Assembly: GCA_003971905.1 (NCBI GenBank) | Contig: RSEE01000122.1 | Coordinates: 124,001-181,046, forward strand | Reading direction: 5' to 3' | Source: Moniliella sp. 'wahieum' | Taxonomy: Eukaryota | DNA length: 57,046 nucleotides | Shown here: positions 50,506 through 57,046 of the stretch, in pieces | Numbering within the stretch: position 1 is the first letter of the stretch | Layout: every line of letters starts with the position of its first letter | The notes under the pieces: model-generated | Seen by the model: the letters and a program-made list of their open reading frames with translations, nothing else | Database searches by the model: none | Told to the model about the DNA's origin: nothing | Translations under genes and position numbers: made by a program

Positions 50506-53500
50506 CTAGTCGTACCACTGACGCGTGGAAGCGTGCGATCCCCACAACGTAGCCCACAAGTCCCGTGCGGTATTCACCAGTTCCGCTGCACGCGCTACCA
50601 CGCCCCCTCCATCACCCTCACCATCACCTTGGTCGTGATCCCGGTCGTGACCTTGGACGTGACCCAGGGCATGGTTTTGGTCTTTTCCCTGCTCATGATC
50701 TTTTCCCTGGGTTTGACCTTGACCGTGGAGTTGACCGTGGAGTTGACCTTGACCCTGCTCTTGTACCACCGCCTCTTGGATGTCCATCGGGGCACCCAAG
50801 TTCGCTCTGCTCTCGCTGCGTCTCGTCTTGCTCTTGCTCTTGCTCCTGTGCTTCGACGGTTTGGTACGTGCGTGCGTCGGGGGGGTGGTAGAGCGGTTGC
50901 AACTTGGACTTGGGCTGGGACGGGGTCGCCCCACTTGAAGCTGGACATGTACTTGTACTTGTATTACGTGTGGTTGCACTTGTACTTGAGGTTGATGTGG
51001 GTGTGGTTGGACCCGATGGGACGGGATGTACCACGCTACGAAGTGCCCTGGGCCTCGGTGCTTCACCTGACTCGTGCCCTTGTTCTTGCCCTTGTTCTTG
51101 TTCTTGCCCTTGTTCTTCCCTTGTTCTTGCCCTTGTTCTTGCCCTTGTTCTTGCCCTTGCTCTAGCTGTGGCTCTCTGGTCCCTCGAGGCTCATGGCGGG
51201 GCGGTCTGGGCCCAACTACTTTTGCGGTTTGTGGGCCGACGCCCGTACCCCCCGCCCGCGAAACCGATGCCGATGCCGAAGCTGATGCCTTTGGACACCG
51301 ACGAAGGAGAATCGGCGAGCCAGCGTCCATCGTCTCCTCCTCCTCGTCCATCTCCTCGTCCATCTCCTCGTCCATCTGGTCGTCCATCTGGTCGTCCATT
51401 TCCTGGTCAAAACCATCATCAGACTGGTCCGTCACGTCCGTCATCGGCTCACTCTCTGACCCGCTCTCGTCCCACCAGAGCGGTGTGCTACCTGGTGTCG
51501 CACATGCGACCGAAGAGCTCGATCCAGACCCCCCACCGCCACCCACCACCATAACCACAACCACCGCAACAACCCGATCCCAACTCCGAGCCGAGCAAAA
51601 TGCGCAATACGCACGCGGGGACGAAGAGAGGTCCAGGACCAACCCACGTTCCGGTCCAGGTGTAGATGTGATGCAGGTGTAGATGTAGGTATAGGTGTAG
51701 GTGTAGACTCGGTACCCCTCTTCCATTTGTGGGTGCGGCCCGCGTCGCGCGCAAGTAGGTTTCGCGGGCGCGCATCGACGCTGTCCTTTCCGCTTCTTCT
51801 TTCTCGTTCTCTTTGTGCGAATGGAGTTGCGTCTGGGACTGGGTTTGCTTCGGCGTCAGATTCGGATCTTGATGGTCGTTGGGGTCCTGGTGGTCCTTGT
51901 CATCGTACTTGTGTTCTGGGGTCCAAGTCGAGCGTGTGGTGCGTGTCGTGGGTCAAGTCCGGTTGGGAACGGACATGCTCGGTCCAACCACTGGTCCAGC
52001 GCTTGGTCCACCGCTCGGTCCACCCTACTGTTTCGTCCAGCTGCTCGCCCCCCCCCCGGCGCAAGGTCATCGGTCGTAAGTCGTAAGTTGTAGGTCGTAC
52101 GTCGTACGTCGTAGGTTGCAGGTTGTAGGTTACAGGTGGACGTGGTCCGCAACAAACCAACCAAACAACAACCAAGCAAGCAACCAAAACACACAGAACA
52201 AAAGATAGAACAAAGATAGGACAAAAGGCCCACACTGGTCAGTACCCTGCCGTCGCTCTGGTTCTCCAGGGTTGGTACATAGAGTGTACATGTCCATGTC
52301 CATGTCCGTGTCCTACCTCACTGCCCCCCGTGCCCCGAACGGGAGACATCAAACCACAGAGGGGAGAAGACCGGAGATGGGGAGGAGATTCAACGTACCG
52401 TACCATCCAACCATGGAGACCGAGTCGGAGATAGGGGACTTCGTGTCCACTGCCGCCGCAGGTGCAGGTGCAGGTGTAGGTAGACCTCAGACGGCCCTGT
52501 GTCACATTCAGCGGTCCCTGCACGCCCTCGTCTCTCGCACAGCTACTTGTCCTCCTTGGGCCGGTAACGTCCACCGAGCCAACCAGGACCCCATCAGTCC
52601 TTCCCCCTCCGGTTCCTGTTCCTCCTTTTCTTCTTCGCCTTGGGCGTCGGCTTGGCCTTCGTCTTGCTTGAGCCGCGTGGGCGCCAAACGCGCAATCGTA
52701 CGGATTGGGAAGGGAAGGATCCCGTACCGTGCGAACTCCCGCCGCGCCATCCGTCGCCCCACCCGTCTGCGCAATCGTCGGTACATTCCTCACCCCATGC
52801 TTGGCGATCAGGTGGACCGAGCCAGGTGGGAGGGCAATGCACTGTTCCACATGGGGATTGAACGTGATACGTTTGGTCGGGCTCCGGCGCGCAGCCGGTT
52901 CAGCGTGCGCGCAGCATGGCGCGACGGACTTACACCCGGGAGAAGTAGAAGTGTGCGGTGCGCGTGCAGTGCAGATGCAGGTGTAGATGCAGATGCAGAT
53001 GCGCATCGTAGGCGAACAGATGGGATAGGGTGGGGAGTCAGCCGGGCAAGTGTAGGGAGTAGAGGGACAACAAGGAGACGAGGGAGAAGAACAAAGAACA
53101 AGAAGAAGAGAGAGGGGGAGAGCGGGAGGGAGAAGGAGGCAAGACCATTGGTGTACCCTCACCCACACCCACACCCACGCCCACACCAGGCCCCACACCA
53201 GCCTTAGTACGCATCGGTCCGTCAAAGCGCAACAACTGACCAATGGTGCGGTGCTTGAGAATGGACTTTTGCCCACTCGCATTCACGTACCCGCCAAACC
53301 CCGCATGCACCAACGCCATCTCGTACTCGTACTCGGACTCCAACACCCTCGATCCCTTCCCCTCACCCTCGGCATCGACCCCGCACGCGTCCTCATCCTC
53401 GTCCTCGCTCAACCGCACGGCTCCCCGCTTACTCTCCTCCCCCTCTTCTCCGCCCCGTTCGACCGCTTCGGTGTGAGTTGTGTGGGCTGTGACGGGTGCG

Positions 53501-54500
53501 GAGGCGGGGGAGCGGGTGCTGGTGAGTGCGTGCCGAGCGAGTAAGGGTGTGAGACGCTGGGTTCCGAACCGGACCCAGAGCCGGACCCGGCGCCAGAGAC
53601 AGACCCGGAGACGCACCCTGAAACGGGGATGGAGCGGCGGGAACCAAGTGAGGGTGTCGAGTCGCGACGCGCTCGGGCGGCGAGAGAAGTGGGTTTACGT
53701 ACGTGCTGGCACGCGGTAGGACGCGCGTGTAGCGGTCCGTACAGCCACGTCACGTCGCTGTCTTTCAGCCTTTGGGGGACGAGGTCGTCAAAGTAAAAAT
53801 GTAAAGGTAAAGGCAAATGCACAACGTGACCCAATACACCCCCAAAAGGAGGAACCGCCCAAGACCACATACCACACACAAACACAAACACAACAAACAC
53901 AGACCCAAACCAAACGGGTGGTTAGTGAGAGCACCACAAACCACGAGGCCAAGAACCCAGACCCCACCCCAGAAAAGAGCCTAGAACCCCGACCCCGACC
54001 CACCCGAGCCACAGGGGGGGAACCCGCAACCCCGCAAAAAGGCAAAAACGTACCAATTGAGTGTCCTTGGGTGGACCGTAGGCAGGCTGGCGCGGTGTTG
54101 GGCCCAAGTGCGCCACGAAGCATTTTCCAATCGGACACCATTATCCAGTCGATACTTGTGCTTGCTCATTGCGCGCCAACTCGCCCACACATCTTCCTCG
54201 CCCACCCACTGGTGCGATAAGTAGTCGACGCAAATCCGTGCGCGCTCCTCCACCTCCGCATCGTCCGTCGCGCACGGGCGCACGCGCATTGGATGTACAC
54301 CCATTGGTCTGTGTGTGGGTTCGCAGGGGGGTGGGAACTGGGGCCCGGTCCAGCGTGGATGGGACGGTGGTGCTGGTGCTGGTGGTGCAGAAGACAGCTG
54401 GGCACCAAAGAAAAAATCGAGATGAGAGGGTCCGACTTGGGTGCCAAAACTTGGGAATTCCAATTCCCAACAACTAACGCAGTGCGCAATAATAAAGCGA
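50506..54500 (-). CDS. Reg1-like / DUF1752 protein phosphatase 1 regulatory subunit
   Basis: VDYLSHQW...VWASWR...RLENASWRTW...LNW, then after an intron LKDSDVTWLYGPLH; KSILKHR; KRITF (RVxF-like) NPHVEQCIAL; TIARLAPTRLK; C-terminal RAAELVNTARDLWATLW. Start codon uncertain. Confidence 0.82.
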
Positions 54501-57024
54501 TGGGCGAGTGGTCCGGCGGCTGCACGTTTTGTCCCCTCGGCACGTCGGACTGAAATACTGAGGGAGATGGCTGAGATCAGCTCTCTGACACCAACCCACA
54601 GAAAAATGGACCGGCGGCGATGCCTGCTTGGTGTCTACGCAGTCTGCGTACTCAGTGAGTATTACTTACCCGATACACATCCAAAGCCGATGGCAGATGT
54701 TTGATCTGAGAAGGGCGGTAATAATTAACGTTTAACGTTTAACCAGCCAGTTGCCACCCCAACGTTGCAAGTGCACCGACGGGGGTAAAGGGTAATCCGT
54801 AAAGGGTACGCGGTACGCTTTACGCTGGTTAATGGTTGGGGCAGCGCAGCGCCCAGGAACGCACTACCTAGAATTACTCACTCGCGCCTCGCCCTTCTCA
54901 ACCCCCACACCCGCCCCTGCCCCAAGTATCTGACACTGCCCCCCTCCTCTTGGCCTGACTAGCTCTAGTGACTAGTGACTAGTGACTAGCTGACTTCCCC
55001 CCCGCAGCCGGCGCTCCGGTGCGCTCCGATGCGCTGCGCCTGGCTGCCGCGTGGCTATATACGTGGCTATATACGTGGCTAGGGTCTTCCCCCGGCTTGC
55101 TCCGACCATTAACCATTGGGCCCCAAGCGACGCCACTCGCGACCACTCGGTACCCACTCTTTGATCATTAGCTCACCCTTTGCACGTACCCCTGCGTCCC
55201 ATCCAACCCAATCCCATTCAGTCTTCAAGCTTCAAGCTTCAATCGTCGTCCGTCTGGGACCGGTGACTAGGTGACTAGGCGACTAGGTGACTCTCTTTTG
55301 TCCGCTGCTCATCGACCCACGACACCTGTCTCCGTCGCTCAGATTCGGACCTGCCATCGCATTCCCTCCATGCCACTTCCATCTCCACTGTCTCCATCTC
55401 CACTGTCTCCATCTCCACTGTCTTGATCTCCATCCATCCTTCTCGGGCGCACCCTCCGCACCTACTCTTAGATCTTACCCCCCTACCCAGACCTACTTAC
55501 CACACCCTCTGCCCTGTACCACACCCATCGTCTCCCCCTCTGCCCAGCCACCACCTTACCCCCCTTTTAACCCTCCGCCCGCCACAGCACCCACACTCAG
55601 TACTCACCTAGCTATCGACTATCCCTCCCACTGACCGGTGACCACTGTACTGATACTGAGTACTGATCCCCACATGTGACATGGTGACATGCATCCCCTA
55701 TCGATATCCTACCGAGCTGTATTGGGTCTTGCTCCTGTTTTTGCTTCCCCGCATCGCGATCCCAACGTCACCGGTCACCCGTCAAGCGTCACGCGTCAAG
55801 GAACACGGTGGGCCACTGGGGTTGCCATGACGCGTGAGGTTGCCACCTGGGTCTGATGGGTGTGGGACATGAGATCTGACAACTAGTAACATGCGGCAGA
55901 TACGAGGTCTATGAGATGGGAGATTGCGATGGGAGATTGCGAAGATGGGAGAGATTTTGGACGACCCACAATGCAGCCAAGAAAAAGAAAAGAAAAAAAA
56001 CAAGACTGAGCCTCAGCCCTCAGTCTCAGTTGCTTGCGCCCCCAAGACGGCCCAAGGCGCACAATCAATAAACGCGTCCCAAAGGGGTGCTGCCAAAGGC
56101 GTCCACCTACCAAAAGGTAGATGCAGATACGATCCGCTTTGTGGTTGTCGGGTACCGTACCCGCAGCGTACCCGCGGAATGCGTACCCGCGGAACCCCCC
56201 CTGTTCCATGGAAGCATTAGCTTGGTATACTAATGCTTAGCTGTGCTCGGTGCGTGGTCGGGCGGTCCGCGGTCCGCAGGATTACTGTGCTTTTTTATCG
56301 CATTGGCAGCTTTGTTCTTTCTTGTTTGGGCAGCTTAGCTTGGCTTAGCTTGGCTTCGCTTCGCGGAGCTTACCGGTTAGCTAGGGCCTATAGAGCGATA
56401 CGTGATAAGCTTATCAGAAAACGGGGGGTCTCTTCGTATATCGTACCCAGATCAGTAACCAGTGACATGCTAGTGACACTAGTGACAGCGCTTAATTAGC
56501 GTTCAGCGTAAGCTTAACGGTTTAACGTTTAACGTATAACGCACAAGCTTCAGCTTGGGACCAGGACACGCTGCGTCGAAACCGCCTGCTCAGCGTCAAG
56601 CTCAAAGGCCAAAGATGAATGATTAATGAGACTGGAGAGCTCATTGCGCTCATTGATCATTCGACGTGTGTTGCTTGGTTCTTGGAACCCGATGGAGGGC
56701 GCGAGGGGACCGTGGGACCTCAGCAGCCTTCCCGATCCAGATGCTCTGGCGCGCACCTGACATGTAACATGCGTTCCCGGTCGAGGTAGCGCATGGGTAA
56801 TGGTTAATTGGTATGGAGATCCGAATCGAATGCAACCATTGTCAGACTTCGTAAGATTCAAGCTTGAAGTGAGATTGAAGATCGATACAGAGCCTGGTAC
56901 TTGGCGTTTCTCGGCAAGAGCCTACTAGCCTAGACAAGGCCGAAGGCCTAAGCCCGAAAATGGATTCCCGGGGGGGATCAGGCATTTCGTACAATAGTAC
57001 AAACCCAGTGACCTAGTGACCGCT

Positions 57025-57046
57025 TTAAGGGTAGGGTTAGGGTTAG
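57025..57046 (+). repeat. Start of telomeric TTAGGG tract
   Basis: TTAAGGG TAGGG TTAGGG TTAG at the very end of the window, with the G-rich strand running outward. Confidence 0.65.

Noticed and set aside
373..54500. Programmed frameshifting, RNA editing or mass pseudogenisation
   Set aside because: Indels go in both directions, often fall in homopolymer runs, lack a consistent motif and also hit a tRNA; sequencing error is the simpler explanation.

Overview
Eukaryotic DNA from a fungus, most likely a basidiomycete (inferred from GTACGT...CAG introns and the protein families present). It ends on the right in TTAGGG-type repeats, so it is probably a chromosome end. Nearly every gene is broken by 1-2 nt indels, which looks like unpolished long-read error, so CDS coordinates are approximate. 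Left part (1-5.5 kb): proteasome alpha-6 gene and a secreted, probably GPI-anchored CE4 polysaccharide deacetylase. Middle part (6-33 kb): secreted alpha/beta-hydrolase, SVIP-like small protein, tRNA-Thr(CGU), OPT transporter, an ORF-poor stretch with retroelement relics, STL1-like sugar porter, intron-containing tRNA-Cys(GCA) and an amino acid permease. Right part (33-57 kb): microsatellite-rich housekeeping block with septin CDC12, a RING/coiled-coil protein, a single-pass membrane protein, RAD5, cyclophilin H, NOP12 and a REG1-like protein. Top observation: a non-coding, heavily base-paired minus-strand segment (about 1.5-2.8 kb) directly downstream of the deacetylase gene. It has a CUAACCCU template-like motif, a hairpin just 5' of it and an enclosing helix, which is the layout of a fungal telomerase RNA core. 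This is a hand-folded hypothesis and is not verified.
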